Assembly: GCA_964548655.1 (NCBI GenBank)
Contig: CAZJQT010000001.1
Coordinates: 30,884 to 94,883 of the forward strand
Length of the DNA stretch: 64,000 nt
Source: an uncultured Candidatus Saccharibacteria bacterium
Lineage (GTDB): Bacteria; Patescibacteriota; Saccharimonadia; Saccharimonadales; CAZJQT01
Direction of reading: 5' to 3'
The notes under the pieces are model-generated. The model worked only from the letters and a program-made list of their open reading frames with translations, had not been told where the DNA came from and searched no databases. Below, piece after piece: positions 1 through 8,896 of this stretch. How positions within the stretch are numbered: the stretch's first letter is position 1; each line of letters begins with the position of its first letter. A program made the translations under genes and the position numbers.

Positions 1-786
1 AAGCACGGTTTACACACCAGGGTGTTTATTAACTCTGAAGGCCTGCCAACTTATGAGGCCAAAGACACTGGTCTGATACTACAAAAATGGCAGGATTATC
101 ATTTTGACCTGTCGGTCGTCATCACTGCTAATGAAATTGCCCAATATATGCAGGTAGTTTTGAAAGCTATTGAACAATTCAAACCGGACTTGGTCAAAAA
201 AACTGTTCATCTGACTCACGGCATGATTAAACTTCAGGGTGGTGTCAAAATGAGCTCGAGGAAAGGCAACATCCTAAGAGCCGTAGATGTGCTAGACGCG
301 GCCGCTAAAGCTAATCATAAGCTCAGCGGTAAAGAGCAACCCATCGTGGTGTTAGGCGCGGTTAAATACGCCTTTCTAAAACAGGGCTTAGGGGGTGATA
401 TCATTTACGATCCAGAAGAGTCAGTCGCCATTGCCGGCAACAGTGGGCCATATTTGCAATACGCCCATGCCCGAGCGCGCAGCATTTTGACCAAAGCCAA
501 AGCGGACAATGCTAAGATTGACTATTTTGATGAAGCCGAACGCAGCCTAGCACGCAAAATTAGCGAATTCCCAGAGGTGGTTGAAGTGGCTGTGACTGAA
601 TTTACCCCGCACCACATTGCCACTTATCTGTATGAACTTGCCCAAGATTTTAATAGTTTTTATGAAAATAGTCGGGTGATAGGTGACCCACGTGAGCAGA
701 CACGACTCAAGCTAGTAGAGGCTTACGCCCAAGTTCTAAAAAATGGCCTAGAACTACTGAATATTACTGCCCCGGAGAAGATGTGA
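1..786 (+). CDS. argS: Arginyl-tRNA synthetase, C-terminal part (5' end lies outside the window)
   Basis: The frame is open from nt 1. The C-terminal anticodon-binding (DALR-type) region is recognisable: HHIATYLYELAQDFNSFYENSRVIG. It ends ...APEKM, as class-I ArgS proteins typically do. Confidence 0.85.
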   Translation, partial: KHGLHTRVFINSEGLPTYEAKDTGLILQKWQDYHFDLSVVITANEIAQYMQVVLKAIEQFKPDLVKKTVHLTHGMIKLQGGVKMSSRKGNILRAVDVLDAAAKANHKLSGKEQPIVVLGAVKYAFLKQGLGGDIIYDPEESVAIAGNSGPYLQYAHARARSILTKAKADNAKIDYFDEAERSLARKISEFPEVVEVAVTEFTPHHIATYLYELAQDFNSFYENSRVIGDPREQTRLKLVEAYAQVLKNGLELLNITAPEKM

Positions 787-1343
787 ACGTTCTAATTGTC
801 CCGGGTTATGGGGACAGATACGACTATATAGAAAAAGCAACAGAACACTGGTCAGAAAAATATGGTATCGAACCGGAAATATACGTGTTTGGTACCAAGC
901 CTGAGGATGAATATGCTCCCAATTGGCTAGCTTTTGAAGCTAAGCTTCAACAAATGGGTAATACTGCCATTATTGGTGCCAGTTTTGGGGTAACCATCGC
1001 GCTAAGAGCCCTGCAAGACCATCCGGATATTGTCAGCTGCGCAGTTGGGATTTCTGGTCCGCATGACTTGAAAGACATGGATCAAAAAACTGTCGATAAA
1101 AAATATCAACTACTCAATGAATCATTACCAGCTTTTTCGGTTGATAAATTGCCGCTTGATAAGGTAATGACACTAAGGCCAATCTATGATGGCGTCATTG
1201 AACCTAAAAAAGTTTTTATAAAAGATGCAACCAATAAGCGCATGCTCACAATCGGTCATCCGCTGGGCATCTTCTGGGCATTCAAATTTAATGGCAGAGC
1301 AATCACTGACTTTATAAAGGCTCATCATGACAATAGTATTTGA
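783..1343 (+). CDS. Small alpha/beta-hydrolase-fold protein (YdeN/RBBP9-like serine hydrolase)
   Basis: GTGA overlap with argS. There is a nucleophile-elbow-like GASFG motif. Size (186 aa) and the N-terminal VLIVPGYG strand fit a minimal alpha/beta hydrolase. Confidence 0.5.
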   Translation: MNVLIVPGYGDRYDYIEKATEHWSEKYGIEPEIYVFGTKPEDEYAPNWLAFEAKLQQMGNTAIIGASFGVTIALRALQDHPDIVSCAVGISGPHDLKDMDQKTVDKKYQLLNESLPAFSVDKLPLDKVMTLRPIYDGVIEPKKVFIKDATNKRMLTIGHPLGIFWAFKFNGRAITDFIKAHHDNSI

Positions 1344-1956
1344 TTTTGATGGTACGTTGGCTGATAGCCAATCAGTTGTCTTAGAACTTTATAATGACAC
1401 CGCTAAAGAGCGAGGCTTCAAGCACATCAGCCGAGAAGACTGGCCCAAAGTGCGGCGCATGGGTATAGCCGAAGGTCTAAGGTTCGCCGGTATCAAAGCC
1501 TATCAGATACCGGGACTTTTGGCACTTGGCAAACGCGAAATGGTCAAACGGGCAAGAGATATCAAATTGTTTCCGGGTGTGGCAGATGTAGTCAAACAGC
1601 TTAATGCCTATGGCCACGAAGTTTATTTACTCAGCACCAACTCTAACCAGGTTGTTAATACGGTTTTAAAAAACAATGGCCTGATTGGCTACCTGACCGT
1701 TCTAAAAAGCTCTCAGATATTTGGCAAAGCCCGTGCTATCCGTGGTCTAATGCGTAAACACAAACTTAAGTCTGGGGATGTTTGGATGGTCGGTGATGAG
1801 GTGCGCGATATTCAGGCCGCCCAAAAGGCCGGCGTCAATATCATATCTGTTACCTGGGGCTTCCAACCGACTGATGTGCTTGGTCCAGCTGAACCCACAG
1901 CCCTAGCTCAAAATCCAGCCGACATTCTAAAAATTATTCAATCCAGTCATGACTGA
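1327..1956 (+). CDS. HAD-superfamily hydrolase (phosphoglycolate phosphatase-like)
   Basis: HAD motif I is FDFDGTLADS. Motif IV-like sequence is VGDEVRDIQAAQKAG. Confidence 0.8.
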   Translation: MTIVFDFDGTLADSQSVVLELYNDTAKERGFKHISREDWPKVRRMGIAEGLRFAGIKAYQIPGLLALGKREMVKRARDIKLFPGVADVVKQLNAYGHEVYLLSTNSNQVVNTVLKNNGLIGYLTVLKSSQIFGKARAIRGLMRKHKLKSGDVWMVGDEVRDIQAAQKAGVNIISVTWGFQPTDVLGPAEPTALAQNPADILKIIQSSHD

Positions 1957-2668
1957 ACAAAATAATGCTCTAGTCCAGCTTGAAAAAGCTCTGCAAAAAA
2001 GCGCCGATCCAACCAGAGCATTAGCGTCCTCCAAGTTTTTTAGAACTGGACCCGGACAATATGGTGAGGGTGACAAATTTTTGGGTGTCAGAGTACCTCA
2101 ACAACGGCTGATTGCTAAACAGTTCTATAAGGTTATTTCGCTTGATGACACACTTAAATTGTTGAAGAGTAAGTGGCACGAATACCGGCTGACCGCCATA
2201 ATAATTTTGGTAACTCAATATCAAAAAGCTGATGCTAGCGGCAAAAAAATTATAGCCAATGCTTACCATAAGAACCGTCGTTACGTTAATAACTGGGATT
2301 TAGTAGACAGTTCGGCGCCCTATATTCTGGGTGATTATTTGCTGGATCATGCCCGCGGCGTCTTGTACCGTCTGGCAAAATCTTCATCTGTCTGGGATAG
2401 ACGTATAGCCATTATTACGACCCTAAACTTTATCAGAAATGGGGAATTTGTAGACACTCTAAAATTGTCTGAATTGTTGCTGGACGACAAACATGATCTT
2501 ATGCACAAGGCCGTAGGTTGGTGTTTACGTGAGGTTGGCAAAAAAGATAGAAAAACTCTTTTAAAGTTCCTTGATCAACACGCCAAGACAATGCCCAGAA
2601 CCGCTCTGCGCTACGCCATTGAACATTTACCACCAGAGCAACGGCAGCACTACATGGGAGTAAAATAA
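1949..2668 (+). CDS. DNA alkylation repair protein (AlkD/AlkC-like HEAT-repeat glycosylase family)
   Basis: Family-typical motifs are present: FFRTGPGQYGEGDKFLGVRVPQQR, NNWDLVDSSAPYILG and HKAVGWCLRE. Confidence 0.75.
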   Translation: MTEQNNALVQLEKALQKSADPTRALASSKFFRTGPGQYGEGDKFLGVRVPQQRLIAKQFYKVISLDDTLKLLKSKWHEYRLTAIIILVTQYQKADASGKKIIANAYHKNRRYVNNWDLVDSSAPYILGDYLLDHARGVLYRLAKSSSVWDRRIAIITTLNFIRNGEFVDTLKLSELLLDDKHDLMHKAVGWCLREVGKKDRKTLLKFLDQHAKTMPRTALRYAIEHLPPEQRQHYMGVK

Positions 2669-2672
2669 AGGG

Positions 2673-3887
2673 ATGCTTGACACTACTAGGCGGATGATTG
2701 AGCAAGTCGGTCGTAAGATCGGACTAAGTAAAGATGAAGTAGATTATTTGCTCAAAATCGACCGTGAGCACCTATTTGATATAACTTTGAGTAATGGCAA
2801 TACTCATCAGGCTTACCGAGTACAGCATAAAAATGTTTTAGGCCCGTACAAAGGTGGAATTCGCTTCCATCCAGAGGTAGATCTGAACGAAGTTAGGGCA
2901 TTGGCAACGCTTATGAGTCTGAAAACTGCGGCGGTTGGCCTGCCTTTAGGTGGTGCCAAAGGTGGTGTGGCAGTCGACCCAAGGCAACTAAATGAAGCCG
3001 AACTAGAAGAGTTATCCAGAGCCTACGCTCGTCATTTACATGCCCATATTGGTCCGGATAAAGACATACCGGCACCGGATATGAATACCAACGCTACCAT
3101 TATTGATTGGATGGTTGACGAATACGAGCAAGTTACTGGCGATAAAACTAGAGCTAGCTTTACTGGTAAATCAATTGAAAAAGGCGGTAGCCTAGGCCGC
3201 GAAGCCGCTACTGGCCGCGGTGGAGTACTGACTCTAGAGGCGGTCTTAAGGCACATGCACCAGGACAAAGAAGAGTTAACCTATGCTATTCAAGGTTTTG
3301 GTAATGTCGGCTTGTTTTTTGGTGTAATTGCCGAGCAGTTACTACCCAACCTACAAATCGTGGCAGCCACAGACAGCAGTGGTGGTGTTAGCACGCCGTT
3401 TGGCATGAGCGCTAAAGAACTGGCTGCCTACAAAAAAACCGGTGCTAAGCTTATAAATTACAGCGATAGTGCTAGCATCAAGCTGGATAATGATCAGCTG
3501 TTAAGCGAAGAAGTTGATGTGTTGGTTCTAGCTGCTTTGGGCGATGTTATTACCACACAGAACGCCCCTAAAGTTCAAGCCAAGATCATTCTGGAATTAG
3601 CCAACGGACCAGTTTCTGACAAAGCCTACGATTACCTAACTAACAAAGGTGTAATTATAATTCCAGACGTCCTAGCCAATGCTGGTGGTGTGATAGTCAG
3701 CTATCTTGAGTGGCTGCAGAACCGTGCTGATGAAAAGTGGGATGAAAAGCGCGTTGATATGGAAATGGAACACTTCCTGATGCCAGCTGTTAGCCAAACA
3801 CTAAGATACGCTGAAGACAATAAATTGTCGCTAAAAGAAGCTGCTCTGGCTCGCGCCATGAGGCGTATTATTGACGCCCGGGTATAA
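2673..3887 (+). CDS. gdhA: Glutamate dehydrogenase (Glu/Leu/Phe/Val dehydrogenase family)
   Basis: The catalytic region GPYKGGIRFHPEVDLNEVRALATLMSLKTAAVGLPLGGAKGG is present. A Rossmann GFGNVG motif follows. Confidence 0.9.
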   Translation: MLDTTRRMIEQVGRKIGLSKDEVDYLLKIDREHLFDITLSNGNTHQAYRVQHKNVLGPYKGGIRFHPEVDLNEVRALATLMSLKTAAVGLPLGGAKGGVAVDPRQLNEAELEELSRAYARHLHAHIGPDKDIPAPDMNTNATIIDWMVDEYEQVTGDKTRASFTGKSIEKGGSLGREAATGRGGVLTLEAVLRHMHQDKEELTYAIQGFGNVGLFFGVIAEQLLPNLQIVAATDSSGGVSTPFGMSAKELAAYKKTGAKLINYSDSASIKLDNDQLLSEEVDVLVLAALGDVITTQNAPKVQAKIILELANGPVSDKAYDYLTNKGVIIIPDVLANAGGVIVSYLEWLQNRADEKWDEKRVDMEMEHFLMPAVSQTLRYAEDNKLSLKEAALARAMRRIIDARV

Positions 3888-3910
3888 TATTATGGAAATA
3901 AGGAGGTGCA

Positions 3911-4315
3911 ATGACTGAGGAACCTAAAGCTAATCAAGTGGTGGAGGGCAGACAAGTCATAATCAACGTGCCACCGCTAAAATCACCTAAGTGGATGCAA
4001 GGGTTTTTAGACTTTATTCGTCACCAAGGGGTAGTCGGTCTATCAGTTGGTTTAGTAATTGGTATAGCTTCAAAAAGCTTAGTAGATAGTTTAGTAAATG
4101 ATATTTTTAACCCCATTATTGGTTTGGTTGGTGGCAGTGGTGGTTTGGATAGTCGATATGTTTGTCTCAAAAATGTCGCTGGACAGTGTACCAACAAGCT
4201 AGCTTACGGAGCGCTCATTAACAGTTTACTAAGTTTCATAATCATTGTTGCGGCGGTTTACTTTGTGATCAAAGGTTTGAAACTAGACAAATTAGACAAG
4301 CCAAAGGCCGAGTAG
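3911..4315 (+). CDS. mscL: Large-conductance mechanosensitive channel
   Basis: The F(L)DFIRHQGVVGLSVGLVIG TM1 signature is present, with a second TM. Length is 134 aa. Confidence 0.85.
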   Translation: MTEEPKANQVVEGRQVIINVPPLKSPKWMQGFLDFIRHQGVVGLSVGLVIGIASKSLVDSLVNDIFNPIIGLVGGSGGLDSRYVCLKNVAGQCTNKLAYGALINSLLSFIIIVAAVYFVIKGLKLDKLDKPKAE

Positions 4316-4317
4316 TC

Positions 4318-4416
4318 GCTCGTATTTTTCCTCAAGAGACCACTTCCGCGCAGAGTAATCCAGTTGGTCACTCCGGTTCGCGTTTCGCCTTAGTCTCTTT
4401 CGTGAAAAATACTCGC
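4318..4416. repeat. 99-nt imperfect palindrome downstream of mscL
   Basis: The arms GCTCGTATTTTTCCTCAAGAGAC / GTCTCTTTCGTGAAAAATACTCGC are largely complementary. The centre is GC-rich and contains CCGCGC and TTCGCG. Confidence 0.6.
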
Positions 4417-4435
4417 TTAAGTCTATAATTAGAGT

Positions 4436-4834
4436 ATGGATTTATCAGAAGATGAGTGGAAGCAAAAGCTAACACCCCAGCAATATAAAGTACTTCGTCA
4501 GAAGGGTACTGAAGCGCCATTTTCAGGAGAACATTTAAAACAAACTGGTAGCGGTATGTACACTTGCACCGCGTGCGGCGCTGAGCTATTTAAGAGTGAT
4601 GCTAAGTACGAGTCAAATCAACCCGGTCTGGCTGGTTGGCCCAGCTTTGCTGACGTGGCTAAAACCGGATCAGTAAAGCTGCTAGATGACAACAGTTATG
4701 GCATGCACAGGACTGAAGTTGTCTGCGCAAATTGTGGTAGTCATTTGGGGCATATTTTTGATGATAGTAGTTCACCAACCGGCCAGCATTACTGTATCAA
4801 CTCTGTTTGCTTAAATTTCAAACCCAAAAACTAG
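4436..4834 (+). CDS. msrB: Peptide-methionine (R)-S-oxide reductase
   Basis: Two CxxC pairs are present (CTACGAEL and CANCGSHLGHIFDD). The GWPSF motif is also present. Confidence 0.9.
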   Translation: MDLSEDEWKQKLTPQQYKVLRQKGTEAPFSGEHLKQTGSGMYTCTACGAELFKSDAKYESNQPGLAGWPSFADVAKTGSVKLLDDNSYGMHRTEVVCANCGSHLGHIFDDSSSPTGQHYCINSVCLNFKPKN

Positions 4835-4924
4835 TAAGCAAGTCGCCTTAGAAAATCTAAACTAGTCGGCTAAATAACTTCTTGAGTGTTCTAGATTTGC
4901 GGTTTTCCTGTCACAATAGATTTA

Positions 4925-6121
4925 ATGAAACTGAAAATTTTTGTCATAGTCTTGGCTATTACTTCGATTGGCAGTTTGGCATATTGGCGTACACGTAAAT
5001 CACCAAACGGTCCATTGACTCAATCGTCTGTTATTAAACAGCAAGTAGCTAAAGTCGCCACCCATAGCAGTCGAATTCGTTTAATAGCAACCGGTGATTT
5101 TATTGCTCATGATTCAGTCAATACCGCTGCCCGCAAATCTGATGGCAGTTATGATTATTTACCACTGATGAGCGAATTTCAGACAATTTTAGCAGGCGCT
5201 GATATACGGTTTTGTAATGATCCAATCCTTAACGGCGGTAAAACACTTGGCATTACTGGCTACCCAAGATTTAATTCACCAACTGAATTTGTAAATGACA
5301 TGGGCAGACTTGGCTGCAACCTTGTAAACACTGCTTCAAACCATAGTTTTGACTTTAGTCAGGCCAACATAACAGCTTCGATTGATGCCTGGAGCAAAGT
5401 ACCCAACATGCTTGCAGTAGCCGGCGAAAATCGGTCACAAGCTGAACACGACACCGTCCATTATTTCAGTGTCAAAGGTGTTAAATTTGCTTTCTTAGCT
5501 TATACATCCTACACAAACAACGGTTTGCAGAATAACTACGGCGTAAATTTTTTCAGCCAGGATTTGGCTACGCAACAAATAGCCGAAGCCAAGAAAAACA
5601 GTGCTCAAATCATAATCGCTAGTATGCGTTGGGGTACTGAATACTCATCTAAGGTTAGCACTGCTCAAATTCAAAATGCTCAATTTTTAGCTGACCAAGG
5701 GGTTGGCTTGATCCTTGGTCATGGTCCACATGTTTTGCAGCCCGTACAACAACTAACGGGTAAGGCCGGCAACAAAACAACGGTTTGGTACAGTTTAGGA
5801 AACTTTCTAAATACCCAAGAACCGCCGGAGACTTTATTTAATGGCCTGGCTATTATGGATTTTGATACAAATTCCAAACAGATCACTAATATGCAATATC
5901 TGCCAATATATATGCACTACGAATGGACGCCAGCACAGGCAGCAGCTGACAACATAGCCGCTCGACATAATTTACATCTATATCTACTAGAAACCGCCAA
6001 TCAGTCAATGATCGATTCCCAACAACTGCACACTACAATAGCCGACCAAAAAGCTAGAATCAGCGGTTTGCTGTCTGCCGATGGGTTAAATATCCCACTG
6101 ATAACGTCTGGTCAATTGTAG
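4925..6121 (+). CDS. CapA-family (poly-gamma-glutamate/capsule synthesis type) metallophosphatase, membrane-anchored
   Basis: There is an N-terminal TM. Motifs are ATGDFIAHD, NTASNHSFD and GHGPHVLQP. Confidence 0.7.
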   Translation: MKLKIFVIVLAITSIGSLAYWRTRKSPNGPLTQSSVIKQQVAKVATHSSRIRLIATGDFIAHDSVNTAARKSDGSYDYLPLMSEFQTILAGADIRFCNDPILNGGKTLGITGYPRFNSPTEFVNDMGRLGCNLVNTASNHSFDFSQANITASIDAWSKVPNMLAVAGENRSQAEHDTVHYFSVKGVKFAFLAYTSYTNNGLQNNYGVNFFSQDLATQQIAEAKKNSAQIIIASMRWGTEYSSKVSTAQIQNAQFLADQGVGLILGHGPHVLQPVQQLTGKAGNKTTVWYSLGNFLNTQEPPETLFNGLAIMDFDTNSKQITNMQYLPIYMHYEWTPAQAAADNIAARHNLHLYLLETANQSMIDSQQLHTTIADQKARISGLLSADGLNIPLITSGQL

Positions 6122-6876
6122 CTAGGGCCTCCAGGAACATTAAAAAACTCTTCTAGAGTCTTAATGTTTTTATTATGCATTTCTGTAGCTAATTCAACGC
6201 CAACGTAGCGGACGTGCCAGGGCTCATATTCATAACCAGTAACCGCGACCTTGTCGGCTGAGTACCGGATAATAAAGCCAAATTTAAAAGCATTGGCAGC
6301 CAACCACTGACCTTCTTTTGTATTTGCAAAACATTGTTCAACTTCACAATTCCGGCTTGTTGGTTCAATGTCGGCTGCCAGACCAGTTTGGTGTTCGCTA
6401 TGGCCAGGTCTAGCGCTTTGTTGATCAGCAGCCGCTTTGCCCAGACTCTGGACATATCCGTTATATAGGCTTACTTGGTAGCTATATGAACGGTAGCCAC
6501 TGGAAAGCATCAAATTAATTCTTTCTGTCTTGGCAGCCGCAAACATTGTTTCTAACGCCGTAGCAGTATCTTTCCGTACTTGCATACTCTCATTTCCAGG
6601 TACGCGCAGTGGTATTTGTGGCACTCTTAGGTCGGATGGGGCATAACTAATTGGATTGAGTGCTCGCGGTTTATTAACTACTACCCAAAGACTGGTTGGG
6701 TCGTTGATTGAATATTTAGATTTATCGAAACTTGGCGCTGGGCTTGGCTGGTTACTTTTAACAGTTGGGCTGCCATTTTGATTAGTTGGGGTTGGTTTTT
6801 TGATCTTGGTCAGCATCAATACCACACCAATAATTGCCAAAACCACTACAACTGCGAAGATTATTTTTTTACGCAT
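6112..6876 (-). CDS. D-alanyl-D-alanine carboxypeptidase, VanY/M15 family, membrane-anchored
   Basis: There is an N-terminal TM. Motifs SGYRSYSYQ, SEHQTGLAADI and EPWHVRYVG supply the zinc ligands typical of M15B. Confidence 0.85.
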   Translation of the reverse strand: MRKKIIFAVVVVLAIIGVVLMLTKIKKPTPTNQNGSPTVKSNQPSPAPSFDKSKYSINDPTSLWVVVNKPRALNPISYAPSDLRVPQIPLRVPGNESMQVRKDTATALETMFAAAKTERINLMLSSGYRSYSYQVSLYNGYVQSLGKAAADQQSARPGHSEHQTGLAADIEPTSRNCEVEQCFANTKEGQWLAANAFKFGFIIRYSADKVAVTGYEYEPWHVRYVGVELATEMHNKNIKTLEEFFNVPGGPSYN

Positions 6877-6914
6877 GCAACGCCTAGTATATCTTTACGA
6901 TATAATAACCTGCA

Positions 6915-7484
6915 ATGACAACTGATGAAAAAAAGCAGGTTCCTACTAAATTATTGTGGTTGGATCTGGAAATGACTGGCTTGGATCCTAGCAAAGATTT
7001 GATTTTGGAAGTGGCCGCCGAAGTTACGGATTTTGATTTTAAGACCTTGGCAAGCTATGAAGCCAGGGTGAAACAAGATAAAAAGACAGTGCTCGCCCGC
7101 ATGCAAAACAATATTTGGTGGCGTGATTTCCCAGCTAACCGTGATGAATTTGTTCAAAAGCTGGATGATGGTCAAGACCTCAAGCAGGTTGAACAAGATT
7201 TGGTCGCGTTGGTAGAAAAACACTTTGGCGACGAACTGGCTGTGCTGGCAGGCAACTCTATCTACAATGACCGTGGTTTTATCAAGCAATGGTTACCAGC
7301 CCTGGACCTTAGGCTACATTACCGCATGTTAGACGTCAGTGCCTGGAAGATCCTAATGCAAGGCAAATACGGCGTAAATTATGAGAAAAAAGAAGTCCAT
7401 CGTGCTTTTGACGATATTCAGGCCTCGATTGCTGAGCTCCAACACTACTTGGACTGGTTCAAAAACAATTCAGCCAATAACTAG
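6915..7484 (+). CDS. orn: Oligoribonuclease (DEDDh 3'-5' exonuclease)
   Basis: Motifs LLWLDLEMTGLDP, GNSIYNDRGFI and HRAFDDIQASI are present. Confidence 0.85.
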   Translation: MTTDEKKQVPTKLLWLDLEMTGLDPSKDLILEVAAEVTDFDFKTLASYEARVKQDKKTVLARMQNNIWWRDFPANRDEFVQKLDDGQDLKQVEQDLVALVEKHFGDELAVLAGNSIYNDRGFIKQWLPALDLRLHYRMLDVSAWKILMQGKYGVNYEKKEVHRAFDDIQASIAELQHYLDWFKNNSANN

Positions 7485-7552
7485 TTGACAATTACAAATT
7501 TGGGTATAAATTGAGAAGTTAGAAATAACATTAAGTGTGAAAAGGAAAAACA

Positions 7553-7810
7553 ATGTCAAACACAAACCGTTCAGAGAAAATGGTTATTGATGACGATTTA
7601 ATAAATGCTCGGGGTTTATTTTCAAGGCAGCAGATAGTTGAAGTAATTGATGAAATTGACCTTCGCGACCCAAGTGAATTAGCAATAGAAGTTGAAACAG
7701 CTCGCCTAAATAAACTAAATGAAATGGCCCTTAGAACTGACACCACTGCTCTAAATGGTTTGGTACACACACTGTATTATTCCCAAGTTGGCGCAGCTCA
7801 CATTGTCTAG
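7553..7810 (+). CDS. Hypothetical small protein
   Basis: 85-aa ORF with an AAGGA-type SD upstream and a TTGACA-type promoter at 7485. I recognised no motif. Confidence 0.4.
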   Translation: MSNTNRSEKMVIDDDLINARGLFSRQQIVEVIDEIDLRDPSELAIEVETARLNKLNEMALRTDTTALNGLVHTLYYSQVGAAHIV

Positions 7811-7842
7811 ACAATAGATCAATCTGATGCCAAACTTGTGAA

Positions 7843-8187
7843 ATGGATCACAAAACAGTTGAAGAATATATCCTGAGCCTGCCCAGGGCTAAATTAGATT
7901 ACCCGTTTGGTGAAGGTGTGGCGGTCTATAAAGCCAAAGACAAAATGTTTGCTCTGATTGCCGAAAAAACCAATCCGCTTAGGGTCAGCCTAAAGTGCGA
8001 CCCGCTATTGTCGCAAATATTGCGCAAAAAATATGAAACCGTGCTGGAAGGCTACCACCTTAATAAAAAACACTGGAACACGATTATCCTAACTGGGCAA
8101 TTGCCGTGGGAAGAAATCCAAGCTCTAATTCATCATAGTTACCAGTTAATTACTGGCGAACACGGTGTAACACCAGATATTAAATAA
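7843..8187 (+). CDS. MmcQ/YjbR-family protein
   Basis: The sequence DYPFGEGVAVYKAKDKMFALI...LKCDP...HLNKKHWNTI resembles the YjbR fold family. Confidence 0.55.
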   Translation: MDHKTVEEYILSLPRAKLDYPFGEGVAVYKAKDKMFALIAEKTNPLRVSLKCDPLLSQILRKKYETVLEGYHLNKKHWNTIILTGQLPWEEIQALIHHSYQLITGEHGVTPDIK

Positions 8188-8188
8188 G

Positions 8189-8827
8189 TTACTGGCTGGT
8201 GGCTAGCAGGGGTCTTACAGCGTTGAAGTAGGCGGCCAGGGTTGTTTTGGCTTTAGTGTCATTGCTGGAATCATGCAGTTTTTTGATATTTTGAGCATAA
8301 GTTAACAGTTCTGATTGCAAGATTTTGGTAAAAGTCCCGTCAAAACTGTTGGCTTGTTTGGCGGTGGTTAGTTGGGCATCGGTTTGAACATTTTTACCCA
8401 GGGCTAAACTGGCGGCTTTGGTGTTAGCTCCAGACGACTTAGCATACTTCAGAATGGTTGCTTGCTGTGATTCAAGGGTTGTTTTGGCCGTGATGGCCAA
8501 ATTTTTGGCGTTACTATCTGTAGCTGACTCAGAACCCAAACCGCTGATACGAATGGCTTCAGTCTGTTCCTGGGCGAGTTTTAACCATTCTTGTGACCGA
8601 CTGCTACCGCCACCACTAATAAGACTGAAGACAATTATGACAACTATAAGTAGTATTACCCCAGCAATACTGATAAAAATTACCCGTTGCTTTTTAGAAC
8701 CACCCCCAAATAGACTTTTTTTGGGTTGGTGTGGTTTATTAACTATAAAATCGTAGGGATCCTGCTGAACCGGTGCTGGCGTTAAAGGTGGTGGTGCTGG
8801 AGCAGGGGCGTTCGGTTGCATAAGCAT
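8189..8827 (-). CDS. Hypothetical single-pass membrane protein with a Pro-rich N-terminus
   Basis: Order is a PAPAPPPLTPAP N-terminus, one TM (VIFISIAGVILLIVVIIVFSLI), then an Ala/Thr/Lys-rich helical ectodomain. Confidence 0.6.
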   Translation of the reverse strand: MLMQPNAPAPAPPPLTPAPVQQDPYDFIVNKPHQPKKSLFGGGSKKQRVIFISIAGVILLIVVIIVFSLISGGGSSRSQEWLKLAQEQTEAIRISGLGSESATDSNAKNLAITAKTTLESQQATILKYAKSSGANTKAASLALGKNVQTDAQLTTAKQANSFDGTFTKILQSELLTYAQNIKKLHDSSNDTKAKTTLAAYFNAVRPLLATSQ

Positions 8828-8896
8828 TATGATAGTAGAAAGTTATTGAAACTGCTAACCCTTTCTACTTTGTACTTTTAACACTAGACTATAGAT

